From NCBI GenBank assembly GCA_964407585.1, contig CAYOWF010000001.1:1-59053 (forward strand): DNA of 59,053 nt, given 5' to 3'. The notes beneath the pieces are model-generated. The model saw only the letters and a program-made list of their open reading frames with translations, was not told the origin of the DNA and ran no database searches. Both the position numbers and the translations under genes were made by a program. This stretch comes from an uncultured Qipengyuania sp. Lineage in GTDB: Bacteria; Pseudomonadota; Alphaproteobacteria; Sphingomonadales; Sphingomonadaceae. Shown in pieces: positions 8,588 through 18,548 of the stretch (position 1 is its first letter; every line of letters begins with the position of its first letter).

Positions 8588-11500
8588 TTAGAATTCGTAG
8601 CGTGCGCCGATCTGGATCCGCCACGCCGACGGGCCAATGGCGATGAAGTTGCTGTCATCCGGGTTGAACCTGCTGATGACGTAACGGCCCTGGCTGTCGA
8701 TCGTATCGACTTCGAGGCGATCGCTCGGGTCCATGCTGTCGGGATCGTCGATATTGATTTCGGCATCCGACACAGGGACAAGACCGTTGAAACCGCCGCG
8801 CGAACGCAGGATGTTCCAGTCTTCGTCGATGAAGTTCAGGAAGTTCGCGAAGTCTACGAAGAGCTCGATCCGATCATCCTTGATCCCGGTAAACTTGCCG
8901 ATGAACGGCAATTCCTGGCTGAAACGCAGGTCGAGATCGAAATGCCAGTCGTTGCGGCAGGTGTTGCGACGGATCGTCTCACCCGGTGTGTAGTCGCAAC
9001 CGCTGGCTTCGACGTAAGCGATAGTATCCGCCACTGCCTCGGCCTGAGCGGCTTGCAGCGCAGCAACCTGCGTGTCGCTGAAGCCTTGGCCGGTGAAGTC
9101 GGTGAGGTTCGGATCGCTCACGCCAGTCGGCACATAAAGCAGCGCATTGTCGCTACCCGAAGAGGAGTCGGCAAAGATGCCGCCACCGCCGAAGGTCAGG
9201 CTGTAGGGACGACCTTCGCGGGCGCGGAAGAACAGCCCGAGATTGGTGTCGTACCCCTCGAAGAACTCCTCACGGAAGTTGATCGCCGCAGTGATGTTGT
9301 GGCGGGTTTCGGTGGTTGCGGTCGATACGGCCGGATCCTGGCGGTCGAATGCTGCAGTAACGTCGAACGACGATGTCGCCGTCGAGGACTGATTGTTACG
9401 CGCATTGTTCGAGTCGGTGTACGAATAGCCGAGTTGGAAGCGGGTCGAGCCGTTGTCCGTGATCAGACCACCACCGAAGTCCTTGCTGAGGATGATCGAG
9501 GCCGAGTGCGCTTCCGAACTGCCGCCATTGGTCAGCTGGATATTGTCGTCCCGTCCGGTGTTGTAGCAAGCCGGGCTGAGGCCGGTATAGACCGGCGGCG
9601 TTCCGCCGTTGCCAACCAGTTGAGCATCGCAGCCCGATACGGTTGCATCGACTGCCTGGTAGATCGGACGACCATCGATGGTGAAACCGTTGAGGCCCTG
9701 ACGGATGTCCGGGGCCAGCGACAGGTCGACGAAGTTAAGCGCGTCGTTGAAACGCGAATAGATATAGTCGAGCTGCAGGTTCCAATTGCTGAAGAAGCCG
9801 CCGTCGGTTCCGAATGTGGTCGCGAAAGCGAGGCTCGCGCGGGTTACGGTCGGAACGTCGAAATCGGGGTTGGTCGACTGGACGTCGGCACGACCGGCAG
9901 CTGCATCGGCAGCACCGCCGTCGATGACGCACTGCGGGAAGCCGGTGAACTGGCCACCCACAACGACGTCGATCTGACCGGTGACCGGATCGACAACCGT
10001 ATCGCCCGCGCCGCAGTCGAAGCGTGACGTTCCGAGCGCGCTCGAGAAGCCGTTGTTCGAGAAAGCGTTCGAGTAGTACACTACCGGATCGCCGCCCGAG
10101 AAAATGCCTACGCCACCGGTGATGCGGCTGTCACTGAAGAAGCCGTCATTGAGGAACTCGTAGGTCGCCGAGAGACGCGGCAGCAGGACCGGGTCGAGGC
10201 GATCGAAGGAGTTCGCATTGGTAAACCCGTAACGATCGTAGAAGTTCGGATTCGCCATCGGCTTGTCGCCGCTGTAGATCTGCACGCGAAGACCGGCGGT
10301 AACCGAGAGCTGATCGCTCGCTTCCCATTCATCCTGGGCATAGAATGAGTAGGTCCGGCGGCTGAAGAGCGCTGCAGCGTTATTGATGTCGCCATCGATG
10401 GCGGCGTTGATATCGGCGCCATAGGACTGGCCGGTCGCGATTTCGTCCGCGTTAGGGAAGAACTCAGTGCCGTTCGTGAGCAAGCCTTCGCGGAAATCGT
10501 CGAAGTTCTCGAAGTAGAGCGAGCCGGTCGCGTTGATCGCGAACAGGTTGAAGACTTCGAGATCGTTGATCTCTGCACCGAACTTGAGGAAGTGGCCGGC
10601 ACCCGCATCCACATTCATCTGGAAACGGGCCTGGTCGATCTTGGTGTCGAGCTGGTTGGCCGAACGGAAGATACCGGGGCCGGTCGAAAGAATACCGTTG
10701 CGATCGGTGACGCCACCGCCCGAAACCGCAGTGCCGTCGGGCGTGACGCCGACGACCAGACGCGGCGTCGGATTGGCCGACTGGGCTTCGCCGAATCCGA
10801 CCGGGCCCTGCACGTCGCCGACTTCGGCGCGGCTCACGCGCAGTTCGGTCGAAATGGTGTCGCTCCAGTCGGAATAGAGGCGGACCGAGTAATAGTCCGA
10901 AACCGTGCCTTCATCTTCGAAACTGTTGAAGCCAGTAATGTTCTGGCTATCGAAATCGCTTTCGATGTTGGTTTCTTCAAGACGCTGGTAGGTCGCTTCG
11001 AGACGGTGATCGTCGTTGATGATCGCGTCGAGGCGGCCGAAATAGCGCACGTTGCCTTCGGCGAGCGTGGTCGGGTAACCGCCCACGTCCTGGCCGTAAA
11101 CGTCACGTGCGATTTGCGCGAATTCCTCGAATTGCGCTTGGCTGACGAAATCTGCTTCGTTGGTGAAGCCGCCGCCGGCGGGGCCGAAGTTGTTGCCCTG
11201 GCCGAGATCGGCTTCTTCATAACCAAGCGAGAAGAAGAGGCGATCGGGGATGATCGGACCGCGCAGCGTTGCACCCCAGCGCTTTTCTTGGCTTGCATTC
11301 AGCGGAAGGCCGGCAAGCGAATTGGCATAGAGGCCGTCGTCGAAATAGGTGATGAAAGCCGAGCCGTGGAAGCTGTTTTCGCCGGCCTTGGTCACGACGT
11401 TGACGAGACAGCCCGTGAAGTCGGTGTATTCGACATCGAAGGGGGCGAACTCGACCGAGGTCTGCTCGATCACGTCGAAGGGAAGCGGCAGCGAGTTACG

Positions 11501-12133
11501 TGCGGCGAACGGCGTGCCGTTGAGGCCGAAAACGTCGGACTGGACGATACCATCTACGGTGAAGGTATTGGTCCGGTCGTTACCGCCCAAGCACGAGATA
11601 CGATCGACGTCGTTGCTCGATTCCAGGCTGACGCGCGGGTCGATGCGAATGATATCGCGCACGTCGCGGGTGATCGAAGGGAAGGCTTCGAGCGTCTGGC
11701 TATCGAAAGCGGTACCCGGCCCGACGGCCACCTGGGTTACCTGCACGCGCGCGCCCGTGACGACGATAACATCGCCCGCATCGCTCTCGTTCAGCGCAAA
11801 GGTGAAACCGGTGTTGCCGGAGATGCTGGTGAAGATATCTTCGATGGTCTGACCTTCGTACCCGGCAGCGGTGACGGTGACAGTGTAAGGTCCGCCCGGA
11901 GGCAGCGACTGCACGCGGAAGTTGCCCTGCGCACCGGCGGTGGCGGTGCGGGTCTGGCCCGTACGCTGGTCGGTAATGGTGACGGTTGCGCCGGAAAGCG
12001 CGGTACCGCTTTCATCGGTTACCTGACCTTCGATACCCGAAGTGATCTGCTGCGCCGCTGCAGGTGCCGCAAACATTGCGCCGGTTGCGGTAAGGCTGAC
12101 GGCGCTTGCCGCCAAAAGGTATTTGAACTTCAT
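8588..12133 (-). CDS. TonB-dependent receptor, Oar-like, with N-terminal carboxypeptidase-regulatory-like domain
   Basis: Signal peptide MKFKYLL...AAAQQ, I.GQV.D.SG..L.GATVT domain, IVVTG TonB-box region, C-terminal ARYEF; start at MKFK. Confidence 0.9.
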   Translation of the reverse strand: MKFKYLLAASAVSLTATGAMFAAPAAAQQITSGIEGQVTDESGTALSGATVTITDQRTGQTRTATAGAQGNFRVQSLPPGGPYTVTVTAAGYEGQTIEDIFTSISGNTGFTFALNESDAGDVIVVTGARVQVTQVAVGPGTAFDSQTLEAFPSITRDVRDIIRIDPRVSLESSNDVDRISCLGGNDRTNTFTVDGIVQSDVFGLNGTPFAARNSLPLPFDVIEQTSVEFAPFDVEYTDFTGCLVNVVTKAGENSFHGSAFITYFDDGLYANSLAGLPLNASQEKRWGATLRGPIIPDRLFFSLGYEEADLGQGNNFGPAGGGFTNEADFVSQAQFEEFAQIARDVYGQDVGGYPTTLAEGNVRYFGRLDAIINDDHRLEATYQRLEETNIESDFDSQNITGFNSFEDEGTVSDYYSVRLYSDWSDTISTELRVSRAEVGDVQGPVGFGEAQSANPTPRLVVGVTPDGTAVSGGGVTDRNGILSTGPGIFRSANQLDTKIDQARFQMNVDAGAGHFLKFGAEINDLEVFNLFAINATGSLYFENFDDFREGLLTNGTEFFPNADEIATGQSYGADINAAIDGDINNAAALFSRRTYSFYAQDEWEASDQLSVTAGLRVQIYSGDKPMANPNFYDRYGFTNANSFDRLDPVLLPRLSATYEFLNDGFFSDSRITGGVGIFSGGDPVVYYSNAFSNNGFSSALGTSRFDCGAGDTVVDPVTGQIDVVVGGQFTGFPQCVIDGGAADAAAGRADVQSTNPDFDVPTVTRASLAFATTFGTDGGFFSNWNLQLDYIYSRFNDALNFVDLSLAPDIRQGLNGFTIDGRPIYQAVDATVSGCDAQLVGNGGTPPVYTGLSPACYNTGRDDNIQLTNGGSSEAHSASIILSKDFGGGLITDNGSTRFQLGYSYTDSNNARNNQSSTATSSFDVTAAFDRQDPAVSTATTETRHNITAAINFREEFFEGYDTNLGLFFRAREGRPYSLTFGGGGIFADSSSGSDNALLYVPTGVSDPNLTDFTGQGFSDTQVAALQAAQAEAVADTIAYVEASGCDYTPGETIRRNTCRNDWHFDLDLRFSQELPFIGKFTGIKDDRIELFVDFANFLNFIDEDWNILRSRGGFNGLVPVSDAEINIDDPDSMDPSDRLEVDTIDSQGRYVISRFNPDDSNFIAIGPSAWRIQIGARYEF

Positions 12134-12382
12134 CGGAGAAGACCCCTTCGTCTCTTCAGATTGAAAATATGGATAGCCCTGGAGATGCGCAGCCCAGCTA
12201 GACTGGCGATGTTTCGGCAAAGCTATCGTTTTATGACAGAGTCAAGACAGCGCCCCACCGAGTGTGGATTACACGCAAGCGTCGGCAAACATATTCCTAT
12301 AATTCAGGGGCTTAGTTCCGTTGCAAAAACGGCACACAAGTCGGGAAATTTATTTCCGCTCGCGAATATGCCTCGATTCGTC

Positions 12383-13312
12383 TCAGGCCAGATTGATTTC
12401 GCGCAGCCGCTGCAAAAGGAAATCGTGGCTCGAAATCGGCTCGGGGTGATCCGCCGGGTTCGCCGGGTCGATGCAGGAAGGCAGCGTCTCGATGACGTAG
12501 TCCGGGCGGAAATGCAGGAAGAAGGGCATCGAATAACGTGCCCGGTAGGCCGCTTCGCCGCTCGGGTTCACCACCCGGTGCGTGGTCGAGCGGAGCTTGT
12601 GATTGGTCAGCCGGTCGAGCATGTCGCCGATATTGACCACGAGCGCGCCTTCTGGCGGAGCCACGGCCTTCCATTCACCATCGGCTGTCAGCAATTCGAG
12701 ACCTGCCTCTTCGGCACCCAAGAGCAAGGTAATCGTGTTGATGTCCCCATGCGCGGCGGCACGGATGGCACCTTCGGCTTCCGCGCCTTCGAGGGGTGGA
12801 TAGCGAAGCAGGCGCATGACCGAATTGCCGTCCTCGACAGTCGGCGCGAAGAAATCGCGCGGCAGGCCGAGGTGGATGGCAATGGCTTCTAGTACGCGCG
12901 CACCGGCGGTTTCGAAAGCTTCGTAAAGCTCGGAGAAAGTCTCGCGAAAGCCTTCCACTTCGTCCGGCCAGACATTGTCCGCCATATATGCGGCGAGGTC
13001 GTGACCTTCGGGAAGCTCGCGCCCGACATGCCAGAATTCCTTCAGATCGTGGACCTTGGCATCCTTGGCCTTTTCCGTGCCGAAAGGCGTATAGCCGCGC
13101 GCACCACCCCCGCCGGGGATGTGATATGCCTTCTTCACTTCATCAGGCAGCGCGAAGAACTCTTTCGAAAGCTCTTCGGCACGGTCGATCAGCTCCTGCG
13201 GGATGCCGTGATCGCGAATCACCGCAAAGCCGTATTCCTCGAAGCTCCTGCCGATTTCCTCGGCAACCTCTTCGAGCGGGCGGGCAATGGATACGCTGGC
13301 GATTTCAGACAT
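12383..13312 (-). CDS. Isopenicillin-N-synthase-family 2OG-Fe(II) dioxygenase
   Basis: YGF..I.DHGI, RGY, LLRYP, HGD...H facial triad (AHGDIN...THRV), RYS; start at MSEIAS (track ORF 12383..14518 is over-extended). Confidence 0.9.
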   Translation of the reverse strand: MSEIASVSIARPLEEVAEEIGRSFEEYGFAVIRDHGIPQELIDRAEELSKEFFALPDEVKKAYHIPGGGGARGYTPFGTEKAKDAKVHDLKEFWHVGRELPEGHDLAAYMADNVWPDEVEGFRETFSELYEAFETAGARVLEAIAIHLGLPRDFFAPTVEDGNSVMRLLRYPPLEGAEAEGAIRAAAHGDINTITLLLGAEEAGLELLTADGEWKAVAPPEGALVVNIGDMLDRLTNHKLRSTTHRVVNPSGEAAYRARYSMPFFLHFRPDYVIETLPSCIDPANPADHPEPISSHDFLLQRLREINLA

Positions 13313-13323
13313 TTGGATAAGAC

Positions 13324-14670
13324 TCAATATGGCAGGAACAGGCCGGCGAGCGCGGCGCTCATCAGGTTGGCGAGGGAACCGGCCGCGAGCGCGCGCAGGC
13401 CGAGCTTGGCAATAACGGGACGCTGGTTCGGTGCAAGCCCCCCGGTCACCGCCATCTGGATGGCGATCGAGCTGAAATTGGCGAAACCGCAAAGCGCGAA
13501 GGTGGCGATCGCCCTGCTCCGGTCGCTCAACATTGCGGCGTCCATCGCGCCTAGCTCGATGAAGGCGACGAATTCGTTGAGCACGATCTTGGTGCCGAAC
13601 AACCCGCCCGCCGCGCCCGCCTGTTCCCAAGGAATGCCGATGAGATACATCACCGGCGCGAAGACCCAACCCAGGATCAGCTGGAAAGTCAGCTCGGGGT
13701 AACCGAACAGCCCGCCGAGCCCGCCCAGGATGCCGTTGGCGAGCGCAACGAGCGCGACGAAGGTCAGCACCATGGCGCCGACCGCCACGGCCAGCTTCAC
13801 GCCCGTTTGCGTGCCCTGGGCGGCCGCCTCGATGACGTTGGCGGGCCGGTGGCCTTCCTCGAACGTTTCGGCGACGGCGACTTCGTGCGGCTTGCCGCTT
13901 TCGGTGATTGCCGCAGGACCTTCGGCGCTGATGCGCGTCTTGGGCAGGACGATTTCGTCTTCGGGCTCCACACCAGCCAACTCGGCTGCATCGCGGGCTA
14001 GGGCGCTTTCGTCGTCGGGCATGATGATCTTGGCCATCAGGATCCCGCCCGGCGCCGACATGAAGGCGGCGGCGAGCAGGAAGGGGACCGCCTCTTCGCC
14101 GATGAAGCTGGCATAGGCGGCCAGGATGGTACCTGCGACACCGGCCATGCCAACCGCCATCAGCGTGAAGAGCCGGCTCGGCGTAAGCGCGGCGAGATAG
14201 GGGCGCACCACCAGCGGGCTTTCCGACTGGCCGACGAAGATATTGGCGGCGCTGCCGAGAGCCTCGACCTTGCTGATCCCTGTAATCCAGCCGATCGCCC
14301 CGCCGACCCAGCGCACAAGCCGCTGCATGATGCCCCAATGATAGAGAATCGAAACAAGTGCGGCGAAGAAGATGATGACCGGCAGGGCGGCGATCACGAA
14401 CGTATTGGCGAAGGGGTTCTGATCCATCGGGCCGAAGACCGATTCGATGCCGACCTTGGAATAGTTCAGCAGCGCGATCACGCCGTTCGACAGCGCCTGG
14501 ATGGCCTCGACACCCCATGGCGTGCGCAGCACCAGCAGCGCCATAAGCGCTTGCAGGGCGAAAGCCGCACCGACGACACGCAGTTTGATCCGCTTCTTGC
14601 CCGTCGACAGCAGGAAGGCGATCGAAAGGATCGCGAAAATCCCGAGAATATTGATAATCACTGGCGGCAT
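13324..14670 (-). CDS. nupC: Concentrative nucleoside transporter, CNT/NupC family
   Basis: LPVIIFF, AANIFVGQSESP, GTKIVLNEFVA, FALCGFANFSSI motifs. Confidence 0.93.
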   Translation of the reverse strand: MPPVIINILGIFAILSIAFLLSTGKKRIKLRVVGAAFALQALMALLVLRTPWGVEAIQALSNGVIALLNYSKVGIESVFGPMDQNPFANTFVIAALPVIIFFAALVSILYHWGIMQRLVRWVGGAIGWITGISKVEALGSAANIFVGQSESPLVVRPYLAALTPSRLFTLMAVGMAGVAGTILAAYASFIGEEAVPFLLAAAFMSAPGGILMAKIIMPDDESALARDAAELAGVEPEDEIVLPKTRISAEGPAAITESGKPHEVAVAETFEEGHRPANVIEAAAQGTQTGVKLAVAVGAMVLTFVALVALANGILGGLGGLFGYPELTFQLILGWVFAPVMYLIGIPWEQAGAAGGLFGTKIVLNEFVAFIELGAMDAAMLSDRSRAIATFALCGFANFSSIAIQMAVTGGLAPNQRPVIAKLGLRALAAGSLANLMSAALAGLFLPY

Positions 14671-14805
14671 GCCGACCCCTTTGGCTGTGCGACTAGTTGC
14701 GGATGAAATCAGCCGCTACCTTGCGCGGCGGCTCCGCTTAGTCAATTTGTGGCCCCAATTCCAGCTTCGGCTGTCACCCGAAATGAAAGCACAACGCAGC
14801 AGACC

Positions 14806-15495
14806 ATGACCGAACCCACCGGCGATATCCGCATCAATGCCGCATCCACCCCGCTAGGCCTGTTCGTTTACACTCTGCTCTATGGCGGGATGACGGTGCT
14901 TGCGGGCGTGCTCGCTTTCAAGCAGGTGCAACTCTACCCGACCGACCTCGCAGTGGAAGCGGGCATCTTCGCATTCCTGCTGCTGGTGGTGATCTCGAGT
15001 ACGATCGCGCAACTCTACGGGGAAAAGCTGGCGAACCGCATCGTGTGGTGGGGTTTCCTGCCGCTGCTGATAGCCGCATTACTGATGCAGCTGGTCCTAA
15101 ACCTACCCGCATCTCCCGAAATGGCCGGCGGACGAGCGGAAGATCTTGCCGCTTTCGAACGCGTACATGCGACCATCTGGCGCGTCTGGGCCGCGGGTCC
15201 GGCCGCCTACATCGTCTCGCTGCTGCTCAATGTGTGGATCTTCTCGCGCCTGCGCGGAAAAGAGGAAAACACCGGCACGGTTTCGCTGATGATCCGCGGA
15301 GCGATCGCTTCCGCGCTCAGCCAAGCCATAGATTCGGTGATCTTCATCACTCTCGCCTTCTACGGCCAGTTCCCCATCGGCAACCTTCTGATCGGTCAGA
15401 TCATCGCCAAGGTCGTGCTCAGCATCGTGTTGGTACCGTTCCTGATAACCGGCGGGGTGGCGTTCGCTAAGTGGCTCGACGGCCGAAAAGGCTAA
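14806..15495 (+). CDS. yhhQ: Queuosine-precursor transporter, YhhQ/VUT family
   Basis: About 6 TM helices; K.V...G.F.F, YG...A...V..GF, R...S.LSQ.IDS.IF..LAFYG, Q...K signature. Confidence 0.82.
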   Translation: MTEPTGDIRINAASTPLGLFVYTLLYGGMTVLAGVLAFKQVQLYPTDLAVEAGIFAFLLLVVISSTIAQLYGEKLANRIVWWGFLPLLIAALLMQLVLNLPASPEMAGGRAEDLAAFERVHATIWRVWAAGPAAYIVSLLLNVWIFSRLRGKEENTGTVSLMIRGAIASALSQAIDSVIFITLAFYGQFPIGNLLIGQIIAKVVLSIVLVPFLITGGVAFAKWLDGRKG

Positions 15496-16007
15496 AGCCG
15501 CTTCACCCCCCAGACGAGAGTCTCATCGAGGCTGTCGCCATGCAGCACAGATACGTCGCCCGTCGTTTCGAGCACGGCGGCGCGTACCTTCGAAAGGTCC
15601 AGCACATTCGCTTCGCGGAGTTTGGCGACGAGATCGCTGCGAGCGACGCGGGTCGAACGCAGTGCATCTCCGCAAAATTCGCCGTTGCGGATGAGGAATA
15701 CCGGCTCGTTCTGCATCACGTCTTCGGCAGCGTCGGACGCCTTGCGAATCCGGGCCGATAGATATTGGACCAGGAAGAGACCGAGCATTCCAACCATCGC
15801 CTGGGAAAAACCCCGCCAGTCGGTCGCCTGCGTTGCACCTGCCACAAGGCTGCCCAGAGCCACAGTCATCACGAAATCGAAACTGGTCATTTTCGATAGC
15901 GAGCGCAGCCCGTTCACGCGAACCAGGATCACTATCCAGAGGATTGCGGCCGCAGAGAGACACAGACCCCGTGCCGCTATGTCGAGCCAGGTTTCATCGA
16001 AGATCAT
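15492..16007 (-). CDS. DUF421/YetF family membrane protein
   Basis: G.RSLSKMTSFDFV..VALGS, P..LIRNG, LRE, AVLETTGDVSV; start ATG 16007. Confidence 0.88.
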   Translation of the reverse strand: MIFDETWLDIAARGLCLSAAAILWIVILVRVNGLRSLSKMTSFDFVMTVALGSLVAGATQATDWRGFSQAMVGMLGLFLVQYLSARIRKASDAAEDVMQNEPVFLIRNGEFCGDALRSTRVARSDLVAKLREANVLDLSKVRAAVLETTGDVSVLHGDSLDETLVWGVKRL

Positions 16008-16015
16008 GCCCAATC

Positions 16016-16040
16016 AACGGGCGCTCGTGCCAATCGGTCC
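16016..16040 (-). promoter_or_regulatory. Putative EcfG/sigmaT (general stress response) promoter, leaderless
   Basis: GGACC-N16-CGTT, one mismatch to GGAAC-N16-CGTT, 8 nt before ATG 16007. Confidence 0.55.
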
Positions 16041-17029
16041 TAGGCCGAACAACTCGCGCCGCCGAGCACGCAGAACCGCGCGCAGTGCGGATGATTGAGC
16101 GGCACGTCGCAAGAGGCTTCGGCAAGCGTTTCGCCGAGATCGAAACCATCGTCATAGGGGATCAGCGTGCAGGCGACCACGCGCGGTTCAGGCTCGCCCC
16201 GGCGGTGGACGACCATGCGGCTGGAACTGCACATCACGTCGTCGGGCGACTTTCCGAGGATGTCCCAGCAGGCAGTGGTGATTTCTGCTATGTCCTTGTC
16301 CGCATCCATTTCGGGGAACAGTACGAGACACGCCGGGTCGTGCGCATCGATTGCAATATCCTCGCGCTCGAACAAGGCGGCATAGCGATCGCGCGCCAGC
16401 TGTTCGCCTTCTTCGGGGAGCAGCCGTCCGGCGACGGCAATCGAGAAGCCGTGGGCCGAAAGCCAGCGCAGCCCGTCGATGGCTGGATCCCAGCTGCGCG
16501 GGCCGCGCTCGGCCTCGTGAACGGGCTTGCTGTAGTGGTCGAGGCTGACGCGCAGAGTGAGCCTGTCGCCATGCTCCACGCGCAAGGCGAGCAGCGCATC
16601 CTCGTACCGGCGCATCGGCTTCATCGCATTGGTCAGCACCAGGGCTTCGAATCCGCGCGCAAGCGTATCGCCGAGCATCTCCATCATGTCGGGGTTCATG
16701 AAGGGTTCGCCCCCGGTAAAGCCCACTTCGCGCGTGCCCAGCGTCGCCGCCTCGTCGAGATATCGTCTCGCATGTCCTGCAGCGAGATAGACCAGCGCAT
16801 CATTGGTCGGGCTGCTTTCGATGTAGCAGGTCGCGCAGGCGAGGTTGCAGAGCGTGCCGGTGTTCAGCCAAAGCGTGTCGAGCCGTGACAAGCGAACGCT
16901 TGCTCGTGGCTCGCCTTTCGCCGTGAGATGCGGATCGCTGAATTTATCGCGCGGCAGCGGCGCCGCTGCGACCGCAAAGGGGGAAGGGCCGACCGGCGCG
17001 TTGCGCGATTTCGTCCGCGTTCCGGTCAT
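16040..17029 (-). CDS. Radical SAM protein, ArsS-like (family associated with TIGR04282/TIGR04283)
   Basis: CNLACATC CxxxCxxC motif, FTGGEP, LTN, VSLD, Cys-rich tail HCARFCVLGGASC; ATGA overlap with upstream oxidoreductase. Confidence 0.85.
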   Translation of the reverse strand: MTGTRTKSRNAPVGPSPFAVAAAPLPRDKFSDPHLTAKGEPRASVRLSRLDTLWLNTGTLCNLACATCYIESSPTNDALVYLAAGHARRYLDEAATLGTREVGFTGGEPFMNPDMMEMLGDTLARGFEALVLTNAMKPMRRYEDALLALRVEHGDRLTLRVSLDHYSKPVHEAERGPRSWDPAIDGLRWLSAHGFSIAVAGRLLPEEGEQLARDRYAALFEREDIAIDAHDPACLVLFPEMDADKDIAEITTACWDILGKSPDDVMCSSSRMVVHRRGEPEPRVVACTLIPYDDGFDLGETLAEASCDVPLNHPHCARFCVLGGASCSA

Positions 17030-18441
17030 GCGAAACGCCTGCGCAGCTTGGCCAGCGTCCGTGCCCACCACTTGGGGACCTTGCCGAACACGGTCGGTTC
17101 CCAGGCACTGAAGGCAGCGGCCTTCGAGATCTCGCTGCGCGTCGGATAGGCGATGATGGCGGAACCCAGCGCGAAGGTGCTGCTCTTGCCGGTTATCAAC
17201 TGCGCGAAAGGCAGCAGCAATTCGCCCGCATTCTTGCCGACTATGCTCGCCCCGAGTACCTTTTTGCCCTTCAACACCAGCTTGAGATGTCCTTTGTCCT
17301 GGCCCTCTGCAAGCGATCTCTCGTTATCATGGAAGGTCTCCTTGACGATGGTGATCTTCTCACCGTGACTTTCCCGGGCTTCCTTTTCGGTCATGCCGAT
17401 CTGCGCGACTTCGGGATCGGTATAGGTGCACCAGGGCAGCGCCGACCAATCGACCTTGGCCGGCAAACCGAGTGTGATTTCAAGCGCGACATTCGACCCT
17501 TCATAGCCCGAGACATGGGTCAGCCGCGGCCCGTCGCGACAATCTCCGATGGCGTATATGCCCTTGACCGAGGTGCGCCTTCGTTCGTCCACAACGATAC
17601 CGCCCCGACCCATTTCGATACCGATTCCCTCGAGACCGAAGCCGGTACAATTCGCCTGGCGCCCGGTTGCAATCAGCAGATGCGATCCCTCGATCAGCTC
17701 GTTGGCAGTGTGCAGTCGCAAGGTGCCCTCTCGCCCCTCGACCTTTTCCGCCTTGCCTTGCACGAAGCGCACGCCTTCGCTCTCGAGCACTTCGCGAACA
17801 ACCGCCACGCTGTCGGGGTCGTCGCGGCCCATCAAATCGCCCGGCTCGACCACCGTCACCGCGCTTCCCAACCGCCGGAAGGCCTGCGCCATTTCCATCC
17901 CGATGACCCCGCCGCCCACGATCACGAGGTGCGTCGGCAATTCTTCCAGGTCGAAGACGTTCTCGTTGGTGAGGTAGGGTACCTCGTCCAGTCCCTCGAC
18001 CGGGGGGATGACGGGCTTCGAACCGGTTGCGACGACGATGCGCGGTGCCGTCAGCGTGCGCCAGCCCACTTCGACCGATTGCGGGCCGATGACCTGCGCC
18101 CAGTCGCGAAAGACCTCGCACCCCATCTCCTCGAAGCGCTCTTCGCTATCGTGCGGGGCGATGGCAGCGATGGCATCGTGGATGTGCTTGTGAACGCCGG
18201 TCCATTCTACCTGCGGCGGCTGAAGCGTGATCCCGTAACGTTCGGGCTGATTGGCTTCGGCTGCGCGCTTGGCGGCCGCGATCAGCGCCTTGGACGGCAC
18301 GCATCCGTCGTTAAGACACTCGCCGCCCATCGCGCGCGCTTCGATCAACGCGACGTCGAGCCCGAACAGGGCGCAGCCCCCCGCGGCAGTCAGGCCAGCA
18401 GCCCCGCCGCCAATCACGATTACGTCATGGGTGAATTTCAT
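17026..18441 (-). CDS. FAD-dependent pyridine nucleotide-disulfide oxidoreductase (MerA/LpdA-like)
   Basis: GGGAAG FAD motif, GGECLNDGCVPSK redox disulfide, GGGVIGME NAD motif, YAIGD, YTDPE, YPT; start at MKFTHD. Confidence 0.9.
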   Translation of the reverse strand: MKFTHDVIVIGGGAAGLTAAGGCALFGLDVALIEARAMGGECLNDGCVPSKALIAAAKRAAEANQPERYGITLQPPQVEWTGVHKHIHDAIAAIAPHDSEERFEEMGCEVFRDWAQVIGPQSVEVGWRTLTAPRIVVATGSKPVIPPVEGLDEVPYLTNENVFDLEELPTHLVIVGGGVIGMEMAQAFRRLGSAVTVVEPGDLMGRDDPDSVAVVREVLESEGVRFVQGKAEKVEGREGTLRLHTANELIEGSHLLIATGRQANCTGFGLEGIGIEMGRGGIVVDERRRTSVKGIYAIGDCRDGPRLTHVSGYEGSNVALEITLGLPAKVDWSALPWCTYTDPEVAQIGMTEKEARESHGEKITIVKETFHDNERSLAEGQDKGHLKLVLKGKKVLGASIVGKNAGELLLPFAQLITGKSSTFALGSAIIAYPTRSEISKAAAFSAWEPTVFGKVPKWWARTLAKLRRRFA

Positions 18442-18548
18442 CGCTTGCTCCGTAACCGAATTTGCGGGAGATGCGAAGCTACTCGCAGCATTCGCGCTCC
18501 CTTTCGCTCGCACGGACCTTCCGGTTACATGGCAACGGCCACCCAATC

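Noticed and set aside
12383-14518. Apparent 711-aa fusion ORF ending in the 2OG oxygenase
   Set aside because: The N-terminal ~400 aa is an off-frame reading of nupC; the real gene starts at 13312.
14671-14805. Possible preQ1 riboswitch upstream of yhhQ
   Set aside because: No preQ1-type hairpin with A-rich tail is visible.
17026-18441. Calling the flavoprotein merA or lpdA
   Set aside because: Lacks the MerA C-terminal Cys pair and mer context, and lacks the LpdA HPT motif and dehydrogenase-complex context.
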